Made by a program: the position numbers and the translations under genes | The notes under the pieces: generated by a model | What the model was told of the DNA's origin: nothing | Seen by the model: the letters and a program-made list of their open reading frames with translations, nothing else | Databases searched by the model: none | Shown here: in pieces, positions 21,882 to 33,138 of the stretch | Layout: each line of letters starts with the position of its first letter | How positions within the stretch are numbered: position 1 is the stretch's first letter | Assembly: GCA_020184695.1 (NCBI GenBank) | Contig: JAANOX010000050.1 | Coordinates: 1 to 64,000 of the forward strand | Length of the DNA: 64,000 nucleotides | Origin: Histomonas meleagridis 2922-C6/04-290x | Taxonomy: Eukaryota > Protista > Parabasalia | Direction of reading: 5' to 3'

Positions 21882-23054
21882 ATGGAAACAAACGTTTCTA
21901 ATGAAATATATGACCCTTTATCTGATAAATGGCGCTTTGATGACGAAGGCGTAGTAACAATAACATCTGAAAAAGAAATTGAAACAGAAAATGCAATAAT
22001 TGAATTTAAGCTAAAAGATCTCAAATTACTTCGGAAAAAACATATATTTTGGATAAGAACTATTTATAAAAATAAAGACCACACTGGGAGAAAACAGGAA
22101 ACATTCGGTATATGGAATCCTACATATTTCATTTTTGTTCTTCGCTGTCTCAATCTTAGTAATAAAAACTTATTAGAGCACTACCTTCATCAGTGCCGAG
22201 ATTATCTCAAGCGAAGGATTGCAAACGATGGTGGTTTTGCAGGATTCAAGTATGATAATTCACATCTTGTCACAAACTATGCAGCACTTACAGCAATTGC
22301 TCTTATTGGAAGAAAAGATGCATATCAGCTTGTCAACAGGCAAAAACTCTATAATCTTTTACTTAGTCTCAAATTGCCAAATGGTGCATTTCGTGTTTCT
22401 AAAGGTATGGAACACGATATTCGATCCACTTATTCTGCCATACTTATTGCATACATGTACAATATCCTTACGCCTGAACTCACACACAATGTTGAACAAT
22501 TTGTTCTCAGTTGTCAGAATTATGATGGCGCATTTTCGCCTCTTCCAGGTTGTGAATCGCATGGTGGATATGTTAGTTGTGCTGTTGGCATTATGTCTAT
22601 TCTTGGGAAGCTAGACTTAATCAATATGGCTGCGTTGATTCGATGGATCAGTGATCGTCAAATGGCATTCAGCGGCGGTTTTCAGGGGCGCCCCAATAAA
22701 TTGGTCGATAGCTGCTATTCATGGTGGATTGGAAGCTCATGTAGAATCATCACAGAGCATTTAGGAATTAACCCTTTTTGGAATGAAACCGCAATGACAG
22801 ATTATATTATTAAATCTGCACAATATCTAAAAGGCGGATTCCTTGACCATAGGCCAAGTTTACCAGACCCATATCATACAATGCTCGCCCTGGGAGGGTT
22901 ATGTTTATGTGGCTTGAAGAAAATTCCTGAAGAAGATGAAAACGATCCTTTCGAATTTCCAGAATTAAGTCCACTCATATGCTGCCCGAAGTATCTTGTT
23001 AATAGGTTGTTCAATTATTTTCATGCACAGCCACCAATACAGTCAAACCTTTAA
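21882..23054 (+). CDS. FNTB: Protein farnesyltransferase beta subunit
   Basis: Prenyltransferase repeats with HLVTNYAA, EHDIRSTYSA, ESHGGYVSC, GGFQGRPNKLVDSCYSWW and DPYHT motifs. Confidence 0.9.
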   Translation: METNVSNEIYDPLSDKWRFDDEGVVTITSEKEIETENAIIEFKLKDLKLLRKKHIFWIRTIYKNKDHTGRKQETFGIWNPTYFIFVLRCLNLSNKNLLEHYLHQCRDYLKRRIANDGGFAGFKYDNSHLVTNYAALTAIALIGRKDAYQLVNRQKLYNLLLSLKLPNGAFRVSKGMEHDIRSTYSAILIAYMYNILTPELTHNVEQFVLSCQNYDGAFSPLPGCESHGGYVSCAVGIMSILGKLDLINMAALIRWISDRQMAFSGGFQGRPNKLVDSCYSWWIGSSCRIITEHLGINPFWNETAMTDYIIKSAQYLKGGFLDHRPSLPDPYHTMLALGGLCLCGLKKIPEEDENDPFEFPELSPLICCPKYLVNRLFNYFHAQPPIQSNL

Positions 23055-23739
23055 GTTAGTAAAATTGTATAAATGTTTCTCATTCATTTTTTTATCTTAT
23101 TTTGTTAGCATTAATATCAATTGATATTTCCTTTTTGGTCAAGAAGTAATTTAGTTATTTCTACGTAATCTATTACAGATTCAGAAATAAGCACAGTATA
23201 AAATTCTTATTTCCAAGTATTTTAAAACATTAAATTGTAATAAACAATTGGGTGATATCACCTTTGCATTAACATCAATTCCTTCTTGCTTAACACTTAT
23301 ACTTTAATATCAATAATATCTGGATCTTTGAAAGAATTTATAATCATATGCTTTTTGGTGGGATAAGTATGTTTTATAGTTAATGTTTATTGAATGTATT
23401 TTGTAATGTATACAAAATTTTTAAAAATGTTTCTATTGTGTACAGAAGCGGAGTCAACATGCTTTGAAAGAACATAGTTTAAAATACTATTCAAAGCTAA
23501 ATACTTTTCTTCCTTTTTAATCACTTTAATTATAATATTCATAAAATTTATATAATTTTGATGATGCAAGATATAACAATAGTAAATTGGTTATCATTCG
23601 AATAACATCGTGACATTGGCTGACTTCAATTATGATATTAATATATCGAAACACTTTTGAAAAAATTATTAAGTCAGTCCTTATGAAAAACCAGTAAATA
23701 ATGTAGCAAATTAGGAAAAAGTTACAAATTTTATCCCCT

Positions 23740-25947
23740 ATTCTAAATAAATATCAAATACAACAAATAAATATCTTTAGCATTAATATCAATTCCTTCT
23801 TGTTTAAGAAGTAATTTAACTATTTCTGTATGACCATTTTCAGATGCATACATAAGTGCTGTTTTAAATAATTTAAATAATTTTTAAATATTATTTTGAA
23901 ATATAAAATCATTTAAATAAATCCAAAATAAAACATATAAATATCTTTAGCATTAATATCAATTCCTTCTTGTTCAAGAAGTAATTTAACTATTTCTGTA
24001 TGACCTCTTCTCGATGCTAAAATAAGTGCTGTCCAAAATAATTTAAATAATTTCCAAATATTATTTTGAAATATAAAATCATTTAAATAAATCCAAAATA
24101 AAACAAAATAATACTTTTAATATTAATATCAATTCCTTCTTGTTCAAGAAGTAATTTAACTATTTCTGTATAACCATTATTGGATGCTCTAATAAGTGCT
24201 GTCCAAAATAATTTAAATAATTTCCAATTATTATTTTGAAATATTATATTATTAAAATAAATATTACCTTTAGCATTAATATCAATTTCTTTTTGTTCAA
24301 GAAGCAATTTAACTATTTCTGTATGACCATTTTCAGATGCATAAATAAGTGCTGTTTTAAATAATTTAAATAATTTTCAAATATTATTTTGAAATATTAA
24401 ATTGTTAAAATAAATATTAAATAAAACATATAAATTTTCTCTTTAGCATTAACATCAACTTCTTCTTGTTCAAGAAGTAATTTAACTATTTCTGTATGAC
24501 CATTTTCAGATGCATACATAAGTGCTGTTTTAAATAATTTAAATAATTTTCAAATATTATTTTGAAATTTTAAATTTTTAAAATAAATATTAAATAAAAC
24601 AAATATATATTTTTAGCATTAATATCAATTCCTTCTTGTTTAAGAAGTAATTTAACTATTTCTGTATGACCATTTGAAGATGCAAACATAAGTGCTGTAT
24701 TAAATAATTTAAATAATTTCCAAATATTATTTTGAAATATAAAATCATTTAAATAAATCCAAAATAAAACAAATAAATATTTTTAACATTAATATCAATT
24801 CCTTTTTGCTTTAAAATGTATGTAACAAGTTCAATATTTCCTGAAAATGAAGCAAAAACTAAAGTATTTTCTGGAAGTTGATTACTTTTAAGGAAATATT
24901 TTACAAGAAAAATGTTTCCAATTTTTGCCGCTTCATTAATGATATTTTCATTAATTTTCATTCCTTCTTTTTCTAAATATGTAAAAATTTCATAATTAAA
25001 ATATGAAACGCATTTTTCTCCTAATTCTTTTAATTTGTTAATATCTTTAATTTTATTTTCATAAAGATATATAAAAATTTCATTTCGATGAAACTTAATT
25101 GCTGTTTCATCTGCTTTATCAAATGATGAATGATTTTGTTCACATAAATGAATAATTTCTTCATTTCCACCTGCAACTGCGTATTTACCTGTATCTTCAA
25201 CGTTTGCACCATTCATAAGTAAATATTTAAAACATTTAACAGATGAAAAAAATGCTGCATAATCAATTAATGAAACATTTTCTTCATTTATAAATGAACA
25301 TCTTTCATAAAGTGATTTTGGAATTATTTGATTAAAATCGAATTCATTTCGTGATGATATTTCTTGAAGTTTTTCGATTTCATCATTTCGAATTATTTTT
25401 GCAATTTCATTTGGATTAATTCCTTCTTCAATATATTGCTTATGAAGTGCAAAATCATTCTTTGAAAGTTCTTCATAAGAAATATTTTCTTGATCAAATA
25501 AATATTTATATTCATCTGATTTATCTTGATTAATATGAACAAAAAATGGTTCACATATATTTTGAATTATTTTTGATTCAAGTAAATTATACTTAATCAT
25601 GTAATTAAGTAAATATAATGATTCATGTGTGTTTTTTTTAAGTAGAAATTGAGAAAATAAATTTATTATTTTTGAGTTGATTTTATTGTTTTCTCATATT
25701 TTTCAATTTCTTGTAATAATCTCAAATATATATCAAAATTATTACTATTAATCAGAAGAGATGTATATATCATTTGGCATATAATGATATCATAAGATAT
25801 TGGATATTCTTTACAAAACTTGCTGATAATAAAATTTGATGATTGAGCAAAATTATCTATACTCAAACCAAAGATTATGTTTTTGAGCGTTGAAAATGTT
25901 TCCCATTTGTTTTGAGATTTCTGATTTGCTGTTTGATTTTGATTCAT
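23740..25947 (-). pseudogene. DUF3447/ankyrin-repeat gene (locus 2) with six interrupted ankyrin repeats
   Basis: The N-terminal part (25947-25666) is separated from the body (ATG 25600) by TAA TAA and a 65-nt gap that shifts the frame. Repeats start at 24698, 24528, 24355, 24202, 24032 and 23862. The body could still be expressed from ATG 25600. Confidence 0.7.
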
Positions 25948-26154
25948 TTTAAAATAAACTGGTCAACTTGAAACAATCAATTATATGACCCACTTTTTGA
26001 TAATTTTCCGAATTCGACTTTTGACCAGGAGATCAAAATCATTTCAAAAAGTAAATATTTGATTGGGTTTTACTCAAATTTCCTATCGTTCAAAAACCGC
26101 AAAATGGAGGGCGTTTTGCATCAGAGACGAAATTCAATTAATAAAAAAAATATT

Positions 26155-28029
26155 TTATGGTTTATTTCTCGATCTTGTAACACGTTCTGTTTGAATATCT
26201 TTATCAACTCTAAATGTTTCCGTTTGAGTCCATTGGAATCTTCTTGGTCGACTCATTATTAGATCAGTTTGATCAATAATTATTTTATGTCCATTTACCA
26301 TTTCTTTCATCATATTTTTTATTGCACATTCCGAATTTTCTTTAATATCATTAATAAACTTCTTTATTAATGAAAGAATTTGATTATATTCAATAGGTTT
26401 TAAATTTCCGGCAATTACATCAATTGCTGACATTGCAATTACATTTGTAAGCGGAAATTTATCTAAAGATTTTTTACACATCTTTTTATCAATTTTATTT
26501 GTTTTAAGTTTTCGCCATTTTCTTTGGATAACACATGCAGCTGCATCATATTTCTTATAATTCTCGATAAATAAATTACAAATATTATCAATAGATTGAA
26601 TATTATAACCAACAAGTGTTTGTTCAATTATAATTCTTGATAAACATCTTAATGATCGAATGTTATGATTGGCTTTCATTAACTTGTCACTTTTTTGTTG
26701 AATGTCACTTTTTAGTTGTGTCACTTTTGCTTCAAGAAGAATTTTTTGGTTTTGAAGAATTTGATTTTGTTGTTGATATTGATTCATTATTGACGTTTGC
26801 ATTTCAATTGTTTTTTGCATATCTTCAATATTGTTATGATATTTGGATAAACGTCTATTAGCTTCACTAAGTTGAATTTTAAGTTTTTCGGAAATTTTTG
26901 GAATTTTTTCATCTGTTAAATTGTTTTGAAGAATTATTTGTTCTTGTGCAAACTCATAATCTTTCTTAAGTTCTAAAAGTTCTTGTTGTAATTTCATATA
27001 TGAAGCTTCTAATTCATTATAATCAAATCTGTTTTCAATGGTGTCGTCACTTTCGAGATTTGAAATGTTTATATTTCCTGATGATTTGACCGTTAAAAGA
27101 GCTTTTCTGAGGTTTACACGAGTACCAATCAATTCGTTTTGAAGAGCAACAATTAAAAGATAAAGATACTGCCTATCACATGTTGAAAGTGGTCTTCGTT
27201 TTATAAGCTCATCTTCTGATATTTCTAATTCCCGAGTTTTGAGTCTTTTAATTTGATCAAGAGCATTATTGTATTTATCAATTAAATTTCGAATTGAACC
27301 AAATTCACGACAAACCCAAGGAAGAGCAGATAAAGCTTCTTGTTCTCGAACGAGCTGATTACGAAGCCCAAAGATTGTGTCTTCAAGACGACGGAATTTC
27401 AGATTGATTAGAGATTCAAGTTTATCATCACCTCCGTGATTAATAATTTCATCAAGAAGCCATGGCTCGCTAATGTTTATGTACTTTCTGGCATCTGTTT
27501 CGATTTCTTTGATTTCCTTTATTAGTTTTTGATCATCATGAAAACTTTTGAGATATTGAAGCTTTTTCATTCTTTGATGAATTTCACTTGTTTTTTCAAA
27601 TTTGTCATGCTGAGATTGAACTTGTTTTTGAAGTTCTTCATATTGTTTGGTGATTTGAGAAAGATCACTTTTGTGCAAATTTGTCTGATCAATTTGTTGA
27701 ATTAACATTTCTCCAAGGTGTGAAATGGCTTTATTTTTTTTTGCTGTATCTGTTGAATGAATTGCTTCAACCATATAATCACGAACTTGTTGAGTTGTTT
27801 CAAATATTAAATGAGAACTTTTTTGCCTTTTTTGTTGTCCAAAGTTGACAGTAATTGGTCTGGTTTTTCTTTGTGATAGTAAATTTGAATTATTACTTGG
27901 TTTAATTCTTGGTGTCCTTGCTGATAAAGGTTGTTTTTCTAGCTCCCTTTGACTTATAGTTACTAATTTACCATTGTTATCAATATACCTAAATTTATTT
28001 GAGGGAAATGGAGACAATTTTTGTTCCAT
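26155..28029 (-). CDS. Coiled-coil protein with one IQ-like motif
   Basis: 624-aa ORF with heptads and AACVIQRKWRKLK. Confidence 0.75.
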   Translation of the reverse strand: MEQKLSPFPSNKFRYIDNNGKLVTISQRELEKQPLSARTPRIKPSNNSNLLSQRKTRPITVNFGQQKRQKSSHLIFETTQQVRDYMVEAIHSTDTAKKNKAISHLGEMLIQQIDQTNLHKSDLSQITKQYEELQKQVQSQHDKFEKTSEIHQRMKKLQYLKSFHDDQKLIKEIKEIETDARKYINISEPWLLDEIINHGGDDKLESLINLKFRRLEDTIFGLRNQLVREQEALSALPWVCREFGSIRNLIDKYNNALDQIKRLKTRELEISEDELIKRRPLSTCDRQYLYLLIVALQNELIGTRVNLRKALLTVKSSGNINISNLESDDTIENRFDYNELEASYMKLQQELLELKKDYEFAQEQIILQNNLTDEKIPKISEKLKIQLSEANRRLSKYHNNIEDMQKTIEMQTSIMNQYQQQNQILQNQKILLEAKVTQLKSDIQQKSDKLMKANHNIRSLRCLSRIIIEQTLVGYNIQSIDNICNLFIENYKKYDAAACVIQRKWRKLKTNKIDKKMCKKSLDKFPLTNVIAMSAIDVIAGNLKPIEYNQILSLIKKFINDIKENSECAIKNMMKEMVNGHKIIIDQTDLIMSRPRRFQWTQTETFRVDKDIQTERVTRSRNKP

Positions 28030-28101
28030 TTAGAAAAACGTATTTCCACAACTGAACAAACATAGTCAATATAGTAAACGGTCATTATAATTGGAATTAA
28101 A

Positions 28102-28758
28102 ATGGAAGAAAAAGATGTAGAAAAGAAAAAATTCAGATTTGATATAACAAAAAAAATATCACCAACAAGGCTCGATTGGATAAGGTCTTTAAAAATTCCA
28201 GATTTAAATTTAGAATCATCAAAAGAAAATTTCTCAATATTTCTTCTTATATTATGTAATTCTCTTTTCCCAGAATATGGTAAATATGTACCACATAGTA
28301 TACCTGATGAAATTAAAACAACACAAAAAGAAATATATGAAAATTTTTATCGACTAAAATTTGTTTTTTCTTTACTTTATCACTATAATGTAATACAAGA
28401 ATCCAATCAAAAAATAAAAAAAAGCTTAAATGTATTAGCTAAATTCGGATATGAAAATACAAATATTGACCCACTTCTTGCATTTTCAATATTTGACAAG
28501 CTACTCCAAGACATTTATGTTTATTTGAGTGTCGACCAAAACTTTTTACATTCTTTAACAACAAATCTTGAAGAAAGGTATCAAATGTGTGATGATCTTT
28601 CACATGAAATCGAAGATGTCGCAATCGAAAATCGATTTTATCAGCAGAAGCTGAAGAGAATCCGTGACCTTTTGGTAAACTCAAAAAGTGGTCTTGATCA
28701 CAATGTGATAACAAAAATCATCGAAGATACCGAACGCACATTTTCTGTTAAGTTGTAA
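28102..28758 (+). CDS. Hypothetical protein, divergent from 28029 across 72 bp
   Basis: 218-aa ATG ORF with a C-terminal coiled coil. Confidence 0.7.
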   Translation: MEEKDVEKKKFRFDITKKISPTRLDWIRSLKIPDLNLESSKENFSIFLLILCNSLFPEYGKYVPHSIPDEIKTTQKEIYENFYRLKFVFSLLYHYNVIQESNQKIKKSLNVLAKFGYENTNIDPLLAFSIFDKLLQDIYVYLSVDQNFLHSLTTNLEERYQMCDDLSHEIEDVAIENRFYQQKLKRIRDLLVNSKSGLDHNVITKIIEDTERTFSVKL

Positions 28759-29383
28759 ATAAACATTGTTACGAATTTAAAACACTATTTTGAATAAAAA
28801 CTTGTAATATATTCTTAATACAAAAGTATACATTGAATGTTTATATTCCAAAAAATATAAGGAACAGAATATTAAATATTAAATTTTTTATATTTTTCTT
28901 TTAATAATTTCGAATTAGATCAACAAGGAAATTGAGTGAAAATTGAATTACTATTCCATTCATCTTTTAATTTAATACAGCATGAGGTTATACTAACTAA
29001 ATTTGAGGTGAATAAATTTTTTATTGAAAACCTAAATTTAGGTTTTGTTTCATTAATGGATAAGAAGATTATTATTATGTTATTCATTATTAGATTTAAA
29101 AAATATTGTTAATGATTGCATAAGTAAATGATAATTCTCACTTGGAAAAATCAATCTTCCATAATCTCATGATATATCCCATAATTTAATCAAAATGATT
29201 TTAATTATATATGTTATTCAAACAAGAAATGAAATAAAAAATAAGACTTTATGAATGCTGTATTTACTTTATTGCATTACTGTTATTACTTCGAGCAATG
29301 AAATTACGTATAAGTAAAAATCCTTTGATTTATTTCGATATATCAAATCTATTTTTAATAAGAATAGAAAAATGATAAAATCT

Positions 29384-29986
29384 TCAAAATTCACTCATAC
29401 AATCCAATCCACAGAAGTCCACATCAAAAAAGTTGTCTTCAAACGTATCAACAAACGATTCATCTTCAAATTTTGTTTTTTCATCTTTTTGATTTGTGTT
29501 TTCTGGTGTACTTTCTTGTGCTTTATATGAAATATTCATGGGATTTGGTGGCGATATCATTTGTATCTGTTTGGGATATGTTTGATAATAATTAACACTA
29601 TAAAAAGGAAATTGATATGGAATATTCATAATATTATTAATTGTATAATAATTATTATATCTGCTTAAACAATTAAACCTGTTTCTGATGCTAATTGCTG
29701 TTCTTCCAGGGAAAAATTGTTCCATCATCTTCCATTTTGGACCAATTTGTTGATATTTGATCTTTAATAAGTTATCTTCTTCAAAAGTCCACTTCTCTTT
29801 TTTAACAGTATCTTTTAAATGATTTAGCCATCTTTCACGACATTGACGAATCGATCTGTTTGGCATTTCTGATGCAATAGACTCCCAATCATTTTCTCCA
29901 TACTTTTGAATAAGATCTTTAAGTTTTTCATCCTCTCCTTGGCTGAAATGATATTTCTTGATATGGTATTTATTTGTAGATGTCAT
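29384..29986 (-). CDS. R2R3 Myb DNA-binding protein
   Basis: FSQGEDEKL...WESIASEMPNRSIRQCRERW...WTFEEDNLL...GPKWKMM...FPGRTAISIRNRF. ATG 29986 has an Inr-like TCATTTT just upstream. Confidence 0.95.
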   Translation of the reverse strand: MTSTNKYHIKKYHFSQGEDEKLKDLIQKYGENDWESIASEMPNRSIRQCRERWLNHLKDTVKKEKWTFEEDNLLKIKYQQIGPKWKMMEQFFPGRTAISIRNRFNCLSRYNNYYTINNIMNIPYQFPFYSVNYYQTYPKQIQMISPPNPMNISYKAQESTPENTNQKDEKTKFEDESFVDTFEDNFFDVDFCGLDCMSEF

Positions 29987-30042
29987 TTTGATAAAAATGA
30001 GATGAATTACTAAGAAAATATTTTGATAGAAATTCATAACAT

Positions 30043-30103
30043 ATTGAAATCCTCACAATAGAATAGCTGGACGACTTTTTGTATGCTATTCAACTTGGAT
30101 TCA
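30043..30103 (-). promoter_or_regulatory. Conserved upstream element of Myb paralogs
   Basis: About 60 nt strongly similar to 32357-32419, with an inverted partial copy at 30285-30341. Confidence 0.55.
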
Positions 30104-30404
30104 CAGGCGTTTCTGGTGAAAACGAATAATTTTGGATCAGTTTTATCATCCTTATAAGATCATTAAATAATGAATTTCACTATAACTCAAAAATTTTTAT
30201 TAAATATTATCAAATGGTAATTTTACCATTTTTTTTGTGTTCTTTTATAACGGGGAAAAACCTTTTTTATTCAATTTTGAGATAATACAAAAAGTCAACC
30301 AGCTATTCTTTTGTGAGGATTTCACTATGTTCTGAATTACTCTCAAAATATTGAAAGGGGAAGTTATGGATCACCTCATCAGATGAAAATGAATTGCAAA
30401 AATG

Positions 30405-30695
30405 AAAGACAAAGAGAACTTTTTACTTAAGAACATGAAATACTTAAACCATATGTAGAAAAATTTGGAAAATGTTGATGTAGAGTAATTGCCTCAAAAA
30501 TGGAAAATAGATATGTTAGTTAATGTCGTGAAAGGTATCAAAATTTTACGAAAACAACTGGGAGCAAAAGAAGATGATATACTGAAGATAATAACTTATT
30601 GAAATATGTATATCAGAAGTATGAAAACAATTAGAATAATTTTTCGAACTTCTTCAAATATTCGCAATCGATTCAATTGTTTGGGTAGATGCGAT
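30405..30695 (+). pseudogene. Degenerate R2R3 Myb
   Basis: Translates in pieces to FT*EHEILKPYVEKFG, VIASKMENRYVS*CRERYQN, EDNNLLKYVYQKY and SNIRNRFNCLGR, with stops and frameshifts. Confidence 0.75.
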
Positions 30696-31691
30696 GATCT
30701 ATATGTTATATAAGCGATACTTGGCAATATTTATAATAATTTAAATCGAGCTCAATATAATTTAGTGTTTGCTGATAGTTTCGATAAAAACAATAATATA
30801 GAAATGTATTAATATGAATTATGCTTGAATTTTAAGAAGAAATAATATTTATTCAAAAATTATTTTAGATTAGATGTGTTATATATGTTATATACAAATA
30901 TTCTCAAAATCATTATTATTAATTATATATTAAATTTTCCTGTTTCTACTTTTATCCGTTATATATTTATAGGTGATGTGTAATCACATATAAAGTTCTG
31001 CAGAATGCATTACATATTTCCATTCTTCAACACTCATTATTCACATGTTTTTTCTAGATATCTTCCAAAAGATGTTTACATATAAACTGTAATTCCCTGT
31101 TTTAGTATATCAACTTCTTGGAGGCTAAGCTTCATTTTCCCCTGTTTATACATTACCAGAGATTGATCCAGTCAATGAGAAATCAGTTGTGTACACAATC
31201 ATTCAACATTGTTCAAGAAGCTTTAATATAAATAGACTTTTTCAACATCATCACGTCTTTTGACTTCAGCATATAATATTGAATCCAATGATTCACTTGG
31301 TTCAGTAATTTCCAAATTTGATAAAAAATTCACTTGCATCAAAAAGTTTGTAATCATATTAAATCATAACAAAATTCAATCTAACTTAAAATTATCTCTT
31401 AAGAATTAAATAGATGAATCATTTGACATCATAAAGTCAATAAAAATAACTTCAGTTTATGTTGATACAGTCTGCGGTGTTATAAAAAATTCACCAAAAC
31501 AAATGAAATTGCTGAATTCTTCAGAGCATTATATCATTTGTTTATTTAGTCTTTTTTTTATATTTATCTGTGATATTATATATTTCTTCTTTTCTAAATC
31601 ACTTCAACTTGATGAAAATTAATTTACTTTTAGTAAATCATATAAAGAAAAAATTTAAATTATATAAAGAAATAAATTTATTTTATTAAAG

Positions 31692-32294
31692 TTAACAATC
31701 ATATAAAAATTCCAAACCAAAGTCCATATTTAAAAAGCCATCATCAAATTGCTCCGAAAACTCTGGTTGTTCTTCTATGCCATTATAATTTGTATAATTT
31801 TGTTTAAGAGCAGAGGAAACATCATCTCTTTGATTTTCCATAAAATTAAATGTATTCTGCGGGGAGGAAATCGGCGAGAGATTTACGGGAATTGGACTTT
31901 GGTTAATTTCTTTGTGTGCTTGATTATGTGTATAATTATTATTATTTTGGTTATATATTTCACTAAATCTTTTGAGGCAACTAAACCTGTTGCGGATGTT
32001 AATTGATGTTCGCCCAGGGAAAAATGGTTCCATTAATTTCCATTTTGGTCCAAGCTCAGAATATTTATATTTTAAGAGTTCATCTTCTTCATAAGTCCAT
32101 TTTCTCTTTTGAACTGAAACACTTAAATGGTTTTGCCATCTTTCACGACATTGACGAACTGATCTATTCGGCATTTGAGATGATATCATTCCCCATTCAG
32201 ATTCACCGTATTTTTGGACTAGCATTCGAAGTTTTTCGTCTTCTTCGAGTGTAAAGTGTACTCTTTTGATCTGTAACTTTGTTGAGTTGGCCAT
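31692..32294 (-). CDS. R2R3 Myb DNA-binding protein, paralog of 29384-29986
   Basis: FTLEEDEKL...WGMISSQMPNRSVRQCRERW...WTYEEDELL...GPKWKLMEPFFPGRTSINIRNRF. Confidence 0.95.
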   Translation of the reverse strand: MANSTKLQIKRVHFTLEEDEKLRMLVQKYGESEWGMISSQMPNRSVRQCRERWQNHLSVSVQKRKWTYEEDELLKYKYSELGPKWKLMEPFFPGRTSINIRNRFSCLKRFSEIYNQNNNNYTHNQAHKEINQSPIPVNLSPISSPQNTFNFMENQRDDVSSALKQNYTNYNGIEEQPEFSEQFDDGFLNMDFGLEFLYDC

Positions 32295-33138
32295 TTATTA
32301 TGCAAAATGAGGTGAATTTTCAAACCGACACTATTTTTGTATGTGTTTCTGAACGCATTGAATTCCTCACAAATGATTAGCAGGGAAACTTTTTGTGCGC
32401 TATTCAAAAGTCGGATTCAATAGATGGGTAAAATTTACCCCAAAAAACAAAGATCTCGAAAAATCTAAAATTTCAACCTATATCAAGGAAAACATATCAT
32501 TAATACCATCACTGACTATATTATATGAGCTGTCTCTATTTTCTTACATTGTCGCATCTAAAATGGATCATTTCTAGAAACAAAATCTCTGTAAAAAATA
32601 AAGTAAACAAAGTCCAGAATTTACGGTTATAAAAATTCATTTAAACTAACGTGTTAATGCATAGAATTATTGTTAATACATTCAAATTTCAAGGGATTGA
32701 ATACTTATCGTAATTTCGTCACAACATTTGGATAATTCTGAGGGGAATGTTGGTCCAAGTACTCAAAAAGCTGCTCTGGCGTAAATAGGAAATCCAAGTA
32801 GATTTTACAAGAACTTTCTTCCAAAGTGTGTATGTTGGTTTCTTGTATGAAAAATAGTATAAATTTGGTGTGAGATCTTCAGACTTTAAAAATAATAATC
32901 AAGAAATTGAAACAGATTCATCAACATAAAAATCCGAACCAATGACAAAGTTACAATGTAATAAAACAGATAATAAGAGCAAACATGCAATGTCATCAAA
33001 GTTGGCGCATTCACCTGTATCTAAGCCAACTGTCACACCAATTTGGTTGAAGAAATCCAATGAATAAAGATAGAAACAGTTGTTTTAGATTTTTTGAAGA
33101 AATTTCCAAATATTTTCATTGACAATTGATCAATTGAA

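Noticed and set aside
29027-29046. Perfect 20-bp palindrome AAAACCTAAATTTAGGTTTT
   Set aside because: Of the order expected by chance in 64 kb of about 70% AT DNA, with no associated feature.
31000-31400. Short minus-strand protein-like fragments between the Myb genes
   Set aside because: No identifiable motif, and multiple stops.
32640-33110. Possible minus-strand pseudogene fragments
   Set aside because: Protein-like stretches with stops, but no recognisable family, so it cannot be supported without a search.
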